A stretch of 64,000 nucleotides of DNA from the human T2T-CHM13v2.0 reference genome, Homo sapiens: NCBI RefSeq assembly GCF_009914755.1, contig NC_060926.1. One strand, given 5' to 3'. Position 1 is the first letter of the stretch. Every line of letters starts with the position of its first letter. The notes beneath the pieces are model-generated. The model searched no databases. It saw nothing but the letters and a program-made list of their open reading frames with translations, and was not told where the DNA came from. The translations under genes were made by a program, and so were the position numbers. This document shows positions 52,051 through 64,000 of this stretch, piece after piece.

Positions 52051-53989
52051 TGGTATCTGTGCATTATAAGAAGTGGGAACTTATTCCTTTTTTTTGCAGA
52101 TTGGCTTTGTCTTCAAAGCCTTCTCCAGTCAGCCTGCCCAGAGGTTTTGGCAGGCTGTCTGGCATGGTCCAAGGGTGGATTGCTGCTAGAGTTCTCAGGC
52201 AGGCTATCTTGGTGTTGTAGACCAGCAGGGCTGGTTTATAGGTCCATGGGAATGCCCCTGGATCCTGGATCCCCAGGAATGGACTTATTGATTGGCTGCA
52301 TGGAAGTGGACCTGGAGCCTAGATCCCAGTGAGCAGGCCCAGGGCATGTATCTGTGGGGACTGGCCTGCAGCCTGGGTCCCCAGGGGCTAACATCATGCT
52401 GAAGTGAGTCTTGATCCTGAATCTACAGTGGCTGGCCAGGCACTGGAATGGGGTTGGTGCCTGAGTCCACTGGGACACGTCTAGAGCCTAAGTCCACAAC
52501 GGCTGGACCGACGCCTGAGTATGCAAAGGGAGTTCTGAAGCCTTTGCCTGTGGGGTCAGTCTAACACATGAATCTATTGGAGTGGCCCTGAACCCTAGGT
52601 CTGCTGGAGCAGACCTGGATCCACTGATGTTTTAGGCCCCAGGGCCTGGGTAGGAGCCTGGCCTGGCCTGATGCTGCAGTAGGCATGGAGCCTGGTGTTG
52701 TGGGCACTGGCCTTGTCCCTGGAGCCGCAGAAGCTAGCCTGCTATATGGACCTGTGGGACCAGTCTGGAGGCTGGATCCGCAGGTTGATGTGGAAGCTGG
52801 GTATACATGTATTGCTGTTGATGTTGTGGTTGTTATTCTTTGAAATAAAGTAGAATGAATGGCAGAGGTGCTTCAGCGCACAGGCTGCTGGATGATAATG
52901 ATCCAAGATTGTGACCAAGATTAATATTTGTTCTAGAGATTATATGAAGGTGCATTGATATGTCCTAAAGAAGAATTTTATGGAAATTTAGAGGTGTGCC
53001 AGAGATATAGGGGACAATATTTTCACATTCCAAAAAAGAATGTGGAGGATGAAATTTAATGGTCCATCTGGTCTCATTGTGATGCATGTGCTATTGAACA
53101 GCCACCAGCTCATTAAACTCTGGTTGGCCATGCTTCTAGACTCCCCATTAAGAATGGCTTCCTAGCAAAAATTAATAACATGTGTTGACATTAACTTGCT
53201 GAAATTTTTTAAAAGTAAATTTTATTAGACATTCGTGTTTTATGTTCATGGGTGATAAGCTTCTGTTTAAAATAAAATAAAAATATAATTTTTTTGAAAA
53301 AATGAAGCCTTGGTTATTCCTGGAATATGTTTCTGGCGCTGTGAGTGCTGCAGTTACTAGTATTTTCCAGATGTCTGCTTTTAATTATTTTTAAGAGGTT
53401 GATCATTTCAACTGCTGACTTTGAGTTTCACAGAGAAGGACTTGATAACTGAAATAATTCTACTTGATTTACTACCTTTGGAGGCTATTTTCCCTCTTCT
53501 TAAAGTAAACAAAATTAAGCTCAGTGTTTGGATAGCTGCATAAAACTGAATCAGTGAATTCATGGGGTGTTTTCCAAAAGCATAGCTTTACTTGGAGCAT
53601 TTTGAGGAAATTGGGATGAGGTAGAGCTGGGAGCTTTAGTGCTAGTTCTTGCCTTCATTTTATATGAATCTGGCAGAGGATTTCGGGGTCTATGGCTGTG
53701 AAGTTTATGGTGGGACTTGGTTTCTCTCCTTTCATATGTGATTTGAGATCTCAGTGGGAGAAGTACTTTTGAGCACAATGTGTTACTCTCCCTGATTGTA
53801 CTTTCTCAGCTACTTGAAGATCCTCTTGAAGGAGGGAAAAACGAGAGAAAGTAATCTAGCTATATTCCTCACCATAGCAGCTAGTCCTGAATATAACACA
53901 GTGGACTTCAGGGAGAATTCAGGAAGAGGTTGCCCCCACCAACACTGGAAAGTTATCATCATGCTCTGTATGTCTCCCGAAAGTCAACT

Positions 53990-54200
53990 GTACACACAGC
54001 CTGCTCTCTCAGCTAAGCATTGTAATGATTCTTCATAAATCACTTAGGCAACCCTCTGGAATTGGCATTGTCACATTGCCTTTACAGGCCAGAAAATGAA
54101 GGCAAGAGATTAAATAATTTGTTGCAGGTCAGATGTCTGGCAAGTGTTGAGAGAGATCTTGAATCTACAATTGTCTGATTGCATTGTATGTCCTCTTAGG
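53990..54200 (-). mobile_element. MIR
   Basis: tttacaggccagaaaatgaaggcaagagattaaataattt..cttgaatctacaattgtctga. Confidence 0.65.
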
Positions 54201-54479
54201 ATTGGTAGATGACTTGCTTTCCCACAAAGATGGAGGTTATTCATACTGGGGCTTTTCCTGAGAGCAGACTTTCAGTTTGAATGAGCAAATGTGTCTTCAA
54301 TGAGGTCATGCATAAGTGTAGAAGGTGTAGAGGAGCAGTGATTATGTGGGGAGGGAAGAAGAGACAACAAGAAAGGAGAGAAGGGAGATACCACAGTTAT
54401 GATTTTTAAAAGGCGGTGTGCTGAGGGTGCCAATTTCATATTTTTGCTTTAATTTAATAAATTATAGTTTATTCAGGTG

Positions 54480-54725
54480 TTTCTTTGGTTGAGTCACTGC
54501 TCCTGTCTATAGACATGAAAATAAGACAGATTGTGACTTCAAGAAGATAAAGACATAGACAAAAAAACCACACAGACAAAGGCTCACAAAACCAGTAAGT
54601 GAAACACAAAAAGTTATGGAAGCACAGAAGGGAAATTGCTGGATTATAATAAGAAGAATTGAGGAGGATAGTATGGTTGAGGGGGTCCACAAATAGGAGC
54701 TTGAAAGATAGAGAATATTTCAGGA
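54480..54725 (-). mobile_element. L2 fragment
   Basis: acatgaaaataagacag..aagttatggaagcacagaaggg..gagcttgaaagatagag. Confidence 0.5.
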
Positions 54726-55815
54726 CAAGGGAGTAGTTTCTTTATGAAGTCAACAATTCTTTCAGACATTTTTAGTCATAATATTATCCCAGAAAATAGG
54801 ACATTATAAAATTCTATAGGAAAAGCAATTATATGGTTGTCTAGATGAATCTGGTATCATATAGGAAACTGGCAAATTTTTCTAATATATAGGTAATTGT
54901 TTGTGATGAACCATTTTATCAAAATGAAGAATCTTTGAAATAAGTTAACTGCCTTCGTTATGTAGAGACCTGGGGCTACCTTAAAATACAGAAGTCTAAT
55001 AGGATGTGCCCAACTGATATAGTGCATTCTTTGAGGTGGAACTCATGTAGTCATTGTACTTATGAACAGAACTTGAACAGTATGCAACAAATATAATTAT
55101 TTTTAGCTGACCAGTTTAATTTTATACTTTGAATTCCCATTCTATTGGGCAAATTAAATATCTGAGTGTGTATCTCCACTTGAACCAGAGTCTTAGACAG
55201 AGACATTAAACAAGTGGTTTCTCTCATCCTTAAGCATCAAGCTACACAGGTTAGATCTGAGATATTTCTGCCATCGTCCCCTTAGTGTTTCAGGTTCTGG
55301 CAGCTGTCTACTGCTAGTTTTACTTCGAGCCTGGGAATTTCTCTTTGGCTTCTGTGCCAGATTGGAACACTAGAAACTCTTGTGCTCACATCATTCTGCA
55401 CTGAACATAAAATATTTTTCTGTCAGGGGTCTTGCTGCTTCCAAGATAGTATATATATGACAGCAATATTTAGATGTAGAGGAATCTGATATTTTCCTGT
55501 TTTTTTCAAGACAGACTTCATACATTTTTGCATCTCTGAAGTTTAAGATGTTGGTAAGCAAAAGCCAGGATTACTTGCATATAAATTTTATTATTTCCCA
55601 TGATATCCACATGGGGGTGAAGAGAATGAAGCTGATATTCTCATTGAATGAAGAAAATGAAACAGAGAAACTACAAGAAGAACATAAACAAAAATTTACA
55701 TTGCTAAATGTATATACTCGCCTTGTGGAATTCTTGCAAAACATTATATTTCCACTTATGAGTTCTTCTTACCATCGCTTCTGTTCTCCAAAGAAAGAGT
55801 GAGACATGAGACATC

Positions 55816-56440
55816 TGTGGCAGGAAGCCTCAAAGCTGGCCTTTAGAATCCTCACCTCCTGGCATTCAAGTCTGTTATGCTTTCCTCTTACATTACGTAG
55901 TGATGATCTGTGCACCCAAGAACATACTGTGGAAATGGTGGCATGTGGCTCCTAGGAAGAGGTCACCAAAGGCATTTGTTGCATCTTTCGCCTTGCTTCC
56001 TCTTGAGTCACTCCGATGTAGGCCAGCTGCCATCTCATGAAGGTTCTCAAGGTGCCTATGAAGTGGTCCAGCACACCCTGTCAGCCACCCGAGTGATTTG
56101 TCTTGAAAGTGGGTCTTCCAGCTAAGACTTCTAATGACTATAGTTTGAGCCAACATCTTTATTACAATTTCTTGAAAGAATACAAGCCAGAACCACCATG
56201 CCTAGCCATTGCTGAATTGCTGAAATATAGAAATCTTGTAAAATAATAAATGTTTATTCTTGTCTTAAGTCACCAACTTTTGGGATAATTTGTTATACAG
56301 TTGTAGATAGCCAGTACCATAGCCAATAGTCCCTGGAAGTGGCTGCTAGAGTAATAGAAACCCAAAATGTAGGAGAAGGTTTATAACCAGGTGGTGAGTG
56401 GCCGCTGAGAGGATTTTGTTGAAGGTATTGGTGAAGCCTG
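55816..56440 (+). mobile_element. MLT1F-type LTR followed by start of MLT1 internal sequence
   Basis: tgtggcagg..atcctcacctcctggcattc, ggccagctgccat, aataaatgtttattc..ttgttatacag; then cctggaagtggctgct..aacccaaaatgt. Confidence 0.8.
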
Positions 56441-56441
56441 G

Positions 56442-56701
56442 TGTAAATGCACCTTATAACAGTAACTTAAGCATACCCCGAAAATGACCCTGTATGGCAG
56501 ATGCACCTGAATGTGTACTCCAAGCTAGGGAGTCTGGGAATGGCCAGCCTGGAGATTCATTCCTTGTCTATGGGGAACATCTGAGCCCCTGTCCCATCCC
56601 GTGGAACATGGGCCATACGGGAGATCAAGGTCTCTAGTTTTGGATTAAGTGAAGAGCTTTCCAGTTGGAGACTGTTAGGAGGAGGGTGCTAAGTGAAAAT
56701 G
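56442..56701 (+). mobile_element. ERV LTR 5' half (LTR47-like), truncated
   Basis: aacttaagcataccc..aatgaccctgtatggcagatgcacctgaatgtg..ggagattcattccttg..gggtgctaagtgaaaatg; family name tentative. Confidence 0.6.
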
Positions 56702-57179
56702 GTTCCATGCTTTTAATTCATTACATGAGGACTTCTGTCCTATTCAAGATGACACAGCTTACCGTTAGCACACTAAACAGCACATAGTGAAACCACACAC
56801 CATTAGGGAATTCTAGTTTCTGTTACTGTTAAGTGAGAAAAATAATAAGACCTTAATCACGGAAACGTAAAAACTTGAAGAATCATCTGAATGTTCTTGA
56901 TGAACAGCCATGTATATGCAAATGCTTTATTATTTTTTTAAAAAGTTAAATTTTAGAATAATCTCATAAATAATTTTTGGTTTACTTATGTTTCCATTGC
57001 TTTGCTAGGTTCTGAATATATGTAAAGATTTGCAGAAAAAATTTTTAGCAGAGTTTAGATTTTTATTTGGAAAAAATAAACTGCCAAATGGCCAGCATTA
57101 GATCAGTCATGAGTTGTGATATAAACAAAAGTATAAGAATATAGTAAGGAAGAGATTACTATAGAAACAAGGAATTTAA

Positions 57180-57425
57180 ACTTTCCTTTCCTCCATCTTT
57201 CCTTTCTTCCTTCCTTCTCTTCTTCCCTTATTCCATCCATTTATCCATCGATCTATTCATCCAACCCTTTATCCATCTAGTCATCTAAAATTTTTATGCA
57301 TTTGTTCTAGGCAGAATTCTGCCCTTTGTACTGAAGACATAGATGTTAATAAGTGATTCCTGTCTCCGTGATCTGAAGCAAGTGAAGAGCAGAGAAAATA
57401 TTTACAGGATAAGAAACAAAATGAA
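57180..57425 (-). mobile_element. Pyrimidine-rich/(CATC)n tract and L2 3' end
   Basis: ccatccatttatccatc tail followed by ttgttctaggcagaattctg..gaagacatagatgttaataag. Confidence 0.55.
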
Positions 57426-57429
57426 TAAG

Positions 57430-57850
57430 TGTAATGGTTAGTTTTATGTGTCAAGTTGGCTGAGGCAAGGGGTCCAGTTGTTCGATCAAACACTAATCTA
57501 GAGGTTACCGTGAAGATATTTTGTATATGTAATTAACATTTACAATCAGTTGACTTTAAGTAAAGGAGCTTCTTTTTGACAATGTGAGTGAGCCTCAGAC
57601 AGTCAATGAAGGCCTTAAGAATAGAAACACATTTCCTGGAGAATAAGAAACAATAAACCAGAGCTTCCAGCCTGCCAATGTTCTCTACAGATTTTATACC
57701 CAAGATGGAAACGTCAATCTTACCTGAGTTTGCAGCCTGCTAGCTTGCTCTGCAGATTTTTTGGACCTGCCAGCCCACACAATCATGTGATTTATCAATT
57801 CCTTAAAATCAAACATATAGATACAGATATAGATAAATATATAAATAAAT
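57430..57850 (+). mobile_element. MLT2D-type LTR
   Basis: tgtaatggttagttttatgtgtcaagttggc..caaacactaatctag..aatcagttgactttaagtaaagg..cacaatcatgtg. Confidence 0.85.
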
Positions 57851-57930
57851 TTATAAAATTGTAACAGGAGATGAAACATGTCTCTACCAGTATGATTCTG
57901 AAGATGAAGTGCAATTAAAGCAATGACTAC

Positions 57931-59962
57931 TGTATTAGTCTGTTTTCACACTGCTATAAAGAAATATCTGAGACTGGATAATTTATAAAGGAAAGAGGTT
58001 TAATTGACTTACCATTGCACACGGCTGGAGAGGCCTCAGGAAACTTACAATCATGGTGGAAGCTGAGGAGTGAGCAAGAACTTTCTTCATATGATGGCAA
58101 GAGAGAAAAGTGTAAGCAAGGGAAGTGTCACACACTTAAAAAAACATCAGATTCATGAAAACTCACTCACTATCATAAGAACAGCCTGGGGAAAAGCACC
58201 CCCATAATACAACCACCTCCCCTCCAGACACGGGATTACAGGTCTCCCCCCTCAACTTGAGTGGATTAAAATTCAAGATGAAATTTGAATGGGGACACAG
58301 AGCCAAACCATATCATTCCACTCATGGGCCCTCCCAAACCTCATGTCTTTTATACGTTTCAAAACCAATCATGCCTTTCCAACAATCCCCCAAAATCTTA
58401 GCTCACTCCAACATAAACTCAAAAGTCCAAGTCCAAAGTCTCATCTGAAACAAGGCAAGTCCCTTCCACCTATGAGCCTGTAAAATCAAAAGCAAGTTAG
58501 TTCCTTCCAAGATAAAATGGGGGTGCAGGCATTGGATAAATGTTACCATTCTCAATTAAATACATTGGCCAAATCAAAGAGGCCACAGGCCTCATGAAAC
58601 TCTGAAACCAGCAGGGCAATTATTAAATCTTAAAGTTCTGAAATGACCTTTGACTCCATGTCTTGACATCTGAAGCAGGCTGATGCAAGGGGTGGGCTCC
58701 CATGGCCTTGGGCAACTCTTTTACAGGCTGACATTGAGTGCCTGTGGCTTTTCCAGGTGCAGGGTGCAAGCTGTTGGTGGACCTACCATTCTGGGATCTG
58801 AAGGACGGTGGCCCTCTTCTCACAGTTCCACTAGGCAGTGCCCCAGTGGAGACTCTCTGTAGGGGCTCCCATGCCACATTTCCCCTCTGCATTGCCCTAA
58901 TAGAGTTTTTCCATGAGGGCTTTGCCCCTGCAGTACACTTCTGTCTGGACATCCAGACATTTCCATACATCCTCTGAAATCTAGGCAGGGGCTCCCAAAG
59001 CTCATCTCTTGTCTTCTGTGCACCCACATGCCCAACACCACAAGGAAGCTGCCAAGGCTTGGGGCTTGCACCCTCTGAAGCCACAGCTTGAGATATACCT
59101 TGGTCCTTTTTAGCCATGACTGGAGCTGAAGTAGCTGCAACACAGGGCACCAAGTCCTGAGGCTGCACAGAGCATGAGGGCCTGGGGACAGCCACACAAA
59201 ACCATGTTTCCCCCTGAGGCTTCCAGGCCTGTGATGAGAGGGGATGCTGCCAAGATCTCTGACATGCTCTGGAGACATTTTCCCCATTGTCTTGGCAAGT
59301 AACATTTGTCTCCTTGTTATTTATGCAAATTTCTGCAGCCAGCTTGAATTTCTTTCCAGAAAATGGGTTTTTCTTTTCTATTGCATCCTCAGGTTGCAAA
59401 TTTTCCCACATTTTATTCTCTGCTTCCCTTTTAAACATAAGTTCCAATTTCAGATCAATTCCCTCAAGTTAAAGTTCTACAGATCTCTAGGGCAGGGGCA
59501 AAATACCACTAGTCTCTTTGCTAAAGAATAGCAAGAATTACCTTTACTCCAGTTGGTAAGAAGTTCTTCATCTCCATCTGACACCACCTCAGCTTGGACT
59601 TCATTTTCCATATCACTATCAGCATTTTGTTCAAAGCCATTCAACAAGTTTCTCAGAAGTTCCAAACTTTCCCAAATCTTCCTATCTTCTTCTCAGCCCT
59701 CCAAATTGTTTCAACCTCTGTCCATTACCCAGTTTCAAAGCTGCTTCCACATTTTCATGTATCTGTATAGCAGTGCCCCACTCTCTGTGATACCAATTTA
59801 AGTTGGTCCATTTTCACACTGCTATAAAGAAATACTTGAGACTGGGTAATTTATAAAGGAAAGAGGTTTAATTGACTCACAGTTCCACAAAACTGGGGAG
59901 GCCTCAGGAAACTTATAATCATGATGAAAGGTGAAGAGGAAACAAGGAACTTCCTCATATGG
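57931..59962 (-). mobile_element. THE1D/MSTA-type MaLR provirus: complete 3' LTR (57931-58315), internal region (58316-59798), partial 5' LTR (59799-59962)
   Basis: Both LTRs share ttttcacactgctataaagaaata..gaggcctcaggaaactta; first ends gccaaaccatatca; internal translation matches the THE1-int ORF. Confidence 0.92.
58623..59665 (-). pseudogene. MaLR (THE1-int) internal ORF remnant
   Basis: ORFs 59477-59665 (NGFEQNADSDMENEVQAEVVSDGDEEL) and 58623-59447 (ENLQPEDAIEKKNPF..EGASPKPWQLP..RFQRMYGN) are separated by one TAG and a frameshift. Confidence 0.8.
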
Positions 59963-60009
59963 AAACAGATTAAACAATAGGATTTTTCATACTAAACAAT
60001 ACTAACAAG

Positions 60010-60200
60010 CACAGCAGAGCTGCTGCACCCAAGACTCTTCACACAGATCGTTTTCTCCCATTAATGCAAATTTTATAGAGGAGACAAACAGCGATTTACC
60101 TCTCTTTTCAACTGGATTTCACAGACAGGCTGAGAGCCTGACTGGGAAGGGATTCCTGCTCTTCTACTGGCTTGCCAGGTCCTAAGTTCCCTTCACTGTG
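60010..60200 (-). mobile_element. MIR
   Basis: attttatagaggagacaaacag..ttcacagacagg..ggaagggattc. Confidence 0.45.
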
Positions 60201-61460
60201 GCTTCTGAAAGAGCAGAGTAGCTTTGGAATCCTGCTCACAGCAACAAAACCAAAACCGTAGGGGCTGAGGGAAGGCTTCCTCATTGTCATGGAGTGTGAG
60301 TGACAGGCTGAACAATACTCAGGACTGTCACTCAAGTGGGAGGGCTGAGACAAGAAGTTATTTTTGAGAAGTTCATACTCTTCTTTGTTCTAATTTCATG
60401 TGTAACTAGAGCAATTTGGATGGATCTCTCAGGTCAATTTTTATCTAGCCTTAATCTTTAAATTTCAAATTTGAAAAACCACCAGGGTACCTGACGGTGG
60501 TTGGTCAGAGCGTGAGCTGTGGAAATACCTGATGGTGGCCAGTCAGGGACCATTCCCTTAGAACCCAGGTTCCCCACAGCACTCACCTTATGAAGGTGTC
60601 CCTTCAGGTGTAACCAAAGTACACGTCCTCACAAAACTGAAGTGAGAGGATATCTGAGAAGCATGTGTGCCCCACAAAGAGCAAGTTGTTCACACAAATG
60701 GGTCCCCTGTGTAGCCACATGGGCAGGCTCCCTGAACAAAATAGTCTCTGAGACCTCATCCTCAAAACAGGAGACCCTGGGTCTCAGAGGGATTCTCCTA
60801 TTCCTCCCCAGGGCAGCCAGGAAGGCAGCTGACCTCCATGTGCTGGGCTTGATCCTGCAGGAATGAACTGGGGGCCACTTGGGATCCCATTCTTGTTGCT
60901 GTAAGATCTTTGGGAAAAAGAAAGGGAGAGCTGTATTTTCCGTAATAAACTATCTGTAGACTGGGTAGACACAGCCTCTGGTGTAGAATGAAAGTGTGCT
61001 CTGTGGGTGGGGGTGGTGGTGTGGGGGGTTGGAGAGTGCACAATTATAAAGGTTAAACCACAGGGCAGGGGAGAGCAGGTGGGGGAGCGAGGAAGAGTCT
61101 GAATGATGACTTCTAAGCCCCAAATTGTCAGTCTCTCTTAATGGGCTGGTTCCAGGTAGCCAGTGGGTTGGCATCAGGTGGCCTGTGGGTGGTCAGGGGG
61201 GGAATTTCCAGCCATGGTCTAGCTCAGCACTGACAACAGGAGCTGGTTTGGCTTGATTGTAGAAAGGGAAGTCCTGTGACACTTTTACAAGATCTTCTTG
61301 AAAACACAGAGTAGGTGACTCTCCCTCATCCATCCATGGCCTTCTTGTTCTAACTCTGAGAACATTAGCCATGAGGAGTCCATTTTGTCTGTTGGTAGGG
61401 GCATACTTTAACAGGTATGAGGATGTACTGACAGATGATGACACTTTAAGAATGATTTGG

Positions 61461-61743
61461 GGCTGGGTGTGTTGGCTCATACCTGTAATCACAGCACTTT
61501 GGGAGGCCGAGGTGGGCAGATAACCTGAGGTCAGGAGTATGAGACCAGCCTGGCCAACATGGTGAAAACCTGCCTCTACTAAAAATACAGAAATTAGCCA
61601 GGTGTGTAATCCCAGCTAATTGGGAGGCTGAGGTATGAGAATCACTTGAATCCAGAAAGTGGAGGTTGCAGTAAGCCACGATGGTGCCACTGCACTCCAC
61701 CCTGGGTGACAGAGTGAGGCTCTGTCAGGAAAAAAAAAAAAAA
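61461..61743 (+). mobile_element. AluSx-like
   Basis: Full Alu with a short deletion at the start of the right arm; exact 13-bp TSD aagaatgatttgg at 61448-61460 and 61742-61754. Confidence 0.95.
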
Positions 61744-61912
61744 GAATGATTTGGTACTATAATTCCATTGTTTATTAGTAGAGTTTTGAATTATGTGCAG
61801 ATACTTTTCTTTTAGCAAATACTGGCAGAGACCAGGGAAGATTTTCAGCTTTGTGTATCACTTCCCAAGTATAAAGATACCTTTTTTCCTCCTAAAGCTT
61901 ATTTTATTTTTT

Positions 61913-62754
61913 ATTTTATTGCTATTTTTCAAATTTTGTTTTAGATTCAGTTGGTATATGTGCAAGTTTGTTACAAATGTATGTTATGTGATGCTGAAGT
62001 TAGGAGTATGAATAAATCAGTCACCTAGGTAGTGAGCCTAGTACCCAATAAATAGCTTCCCAACCCTTGCCCCCTTCTCTGCCTCCTCAATCTTGTATTC
62101 CCCAGCGTCTGTTGTTCCCATCTTTATGTCCATGTATACCTAATATTTAGCTCCTACTTATAAGTAAGAACATGTGGTATTTGGTTTTCCATTTCTGTAT
62201 TACTTGTTAGTTTACTTAAGGTAACCACTTCCAGCTTCACCCATGTTGCTGCAAAGGACATTATTTCATTTCTTTTTTATGGTTGCATAGTATTCCATGG
62301 TATACTTGTACCACATTTTCTTTATCCAATCCACCATTGATGGACACCTGGGTTGATTCCATGTCTTTTTATTGTGAATAGCACTGCAATGAACAAATGA
62401 GTACATGTAACTTTTTGATAGAACAATTTAGTTTCCTTTGGGTATATACCCAGTAATGAGATTGCTGGGTCATATGGTAGTTCAACTCTTAGCTCTTTAA
62501 GAAATCTCCAAACTGCTCTCCACAGTAGCTGAACAAACTTACATTCTGACCAAATTTTATAAGTGTTCTCTTTTCCCTGCAGCCTCACCAACATTGTTAT
62601 TTTTGACTTTTTAACAAAAGATATTCAGACTGGCATGAGAGGATATCTCATTGTGGTTTTGATTTGCATTAGTGATAATGTGCATTTTTTCATGTATTTG
62701 TTGGCCACTTACTTATATGTCTTCTTTTGAGAAGTACCTGTTTGGGTCCTTTGC
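61913..62754 (-). mobile_element. L1 (L1PA15/16-L1PB-type) 3' end
   Basis: Antisense 3' UTR; ORF 62322-62594 gives ORF2p C-terminus (WRFLKELRVELPYDPAISLLGIYPKE). Confidence 0.92.
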
Positions 62755-62755
62755 T

Positions 62756-63350
62756 GCAAAGAACAAAACTGGATGCATTCACATTACCTGACATCAAACT
62801 GTATTACAAGGCTACAGTAACCAAAACAGAATGGCACTAGTACAAAACCAGACACATAGACCAGTGTAACAGAAGAGAGAACACAGAAATAAAGCTGCAC
62901 ACCCATAACAATCTGATTTTTGACAAAGTGGATAAAAATAAGTAATGGTGAAAACACTCCCTATTCAATAAATGGTGCTGGGATAACTGGCCATCTGTAT
63001 GCAGAAGAATGAAACTGGACCCCTACCTATTACCATATACAAAAATTAAGATGAATTAAAGAATTAAATGTAAGACATCAAACTATAAAAATCTTAGAAG
63101 AAAACCTAGGAAATACCCTTCTTGATATTGGCCTTGGCAAAGAATTTATGGCTAAGTCCTCAAAAGCAATTGCAACAAAAGCAAAAATTGACAAGTGGGC
63201 CCTAATTAAATGAAAGAGCTTCTGCATAGCAAGAGAAAGTTTCAAGGGAGTAAACAGACAACTTACAGGATAGGAGAAGGTACTCACAAACTACACATCT
63301 GACAAAGGTCTAATGTTCAGAATCTGTAAGGAGCTTAAATACATCAGTAA
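62756..63350 (+). mobile_element. L1 ORF2 segment, inverted 5' part of the preceding L1
   Basis: Sense ORF2 (caaggctacagtaaccaaaacag, ctattcaataaatggtgctggg, catctgacaaaggtctaat); TSD shared with the antisense piece. Confidence 0.92.
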
Positions 63351-64000
63351 GCTTATTTTATTTTTTAAGCATTTTAAAAATACTTTTAGAATTTTATTTT
63401 AGAAAGTACAAAAAAGTAAGAAGAAAAACATGGCAATAATATTATAATCCACTCTTTGCATCTCTACTAATAGCATTTGGTTGATATTTCCTTGCAACAC
63501 TTTTTATAAATATTTATATAGATCCTCCAAATTATGCAATTTTTCACTTAGTATTATATTTCATCTCTTTATTAAATTAGGTACTCATTCATTCAATATA
63601 TGCCACTGAATTTCTACTCTGTGCCTGGCTGGCACCAAAGCAGTTGCTGGGGAATTAATCAAAAACATGACAATAAGATTTTACCCATGCCTTCAGTTTT
63701 TTTTGAACATCATTTTTAATGCTTGCTTAAAAACCAGTTGTATATTTTTATGATAACTCCCTTAATTATTTCTCAGGCTTGGGGTATTAGTTGAGTTTTA
63801 AGTAGGTAGAGAGATTTAGACACTCAATAAACAAATGTTCTATATGTCCATATTAATATCTTTTTAAATTTTTTCTATCCTAACTGAAAGTGAAATTAGC
63901 ATGGTATATGTAACAGGAGAGAACAGAGATATTTAAAAAAACATAAAATGGCTGTGTTTTTAAAATAAAAGCAGGTCCTTGAATTGGTCTCAGAATTTCT

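Larger units (their letters stand above)
45617..52805 (-). mobile_element. Near full-length L1MA (L1MA8-like), with three nested Alus
   Basis: Continuous antisense L1: 3' UTR (gtggtgagaacacttaaaatctact), ORF2 (ORF 48464-48811 [24 protein letters not shown]; 49056-49256 KKYLETNE), ORF1 region, GC-rich repetitive 5' region 52.1-52.8 kb; all frames disrupted. Confidence 0.9.

Noticed and set aside
58200-58220. DUX4 site in the THE1 LTR
   Set aside because: The position of the recalled consensus tgattcaatta reads taatacaacca here, so the motif is degraded

Overview
Non-coding, AT-rich primate genomic DNA. AluY copies point to a catarrhine, probably human. I found no host protein-coding exon, RNA gene or CpG island. 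Well over half of the window is interspersed repeat: about 10 Alu copies, many L1 pieces (a near full-length L1MA-type element and two 5'-inverted L1s), L2, MIR, MaLR/ERVL LTRs including a THE1/MST provirus, and DNA-transposon fossils (MER5, MER44, MER58A, MADE2). There is also a probable ancient CR1/L3 endonuclease remnant. Almost all listed ORFs are short chance or repeat-derived frames; the longest (58623-59447) is the MaLR internal ORF. The most notable non-repeat signal is a candidate recursive-splicing site on the + strand at 22896-22904. It has a 95-nt AG-free pyrimidine-rich tract, CAG|GTAAGT, and then a 105-nt RS-exon-like segment with stops in all three frames, closed by a second GTAAGT. 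This would place the window inside a very long + strand intron, which is an untested inference. Repeat subfamily names come from recalled consensus sequences rather than a database search, and boundaries of old repeats are approximate.
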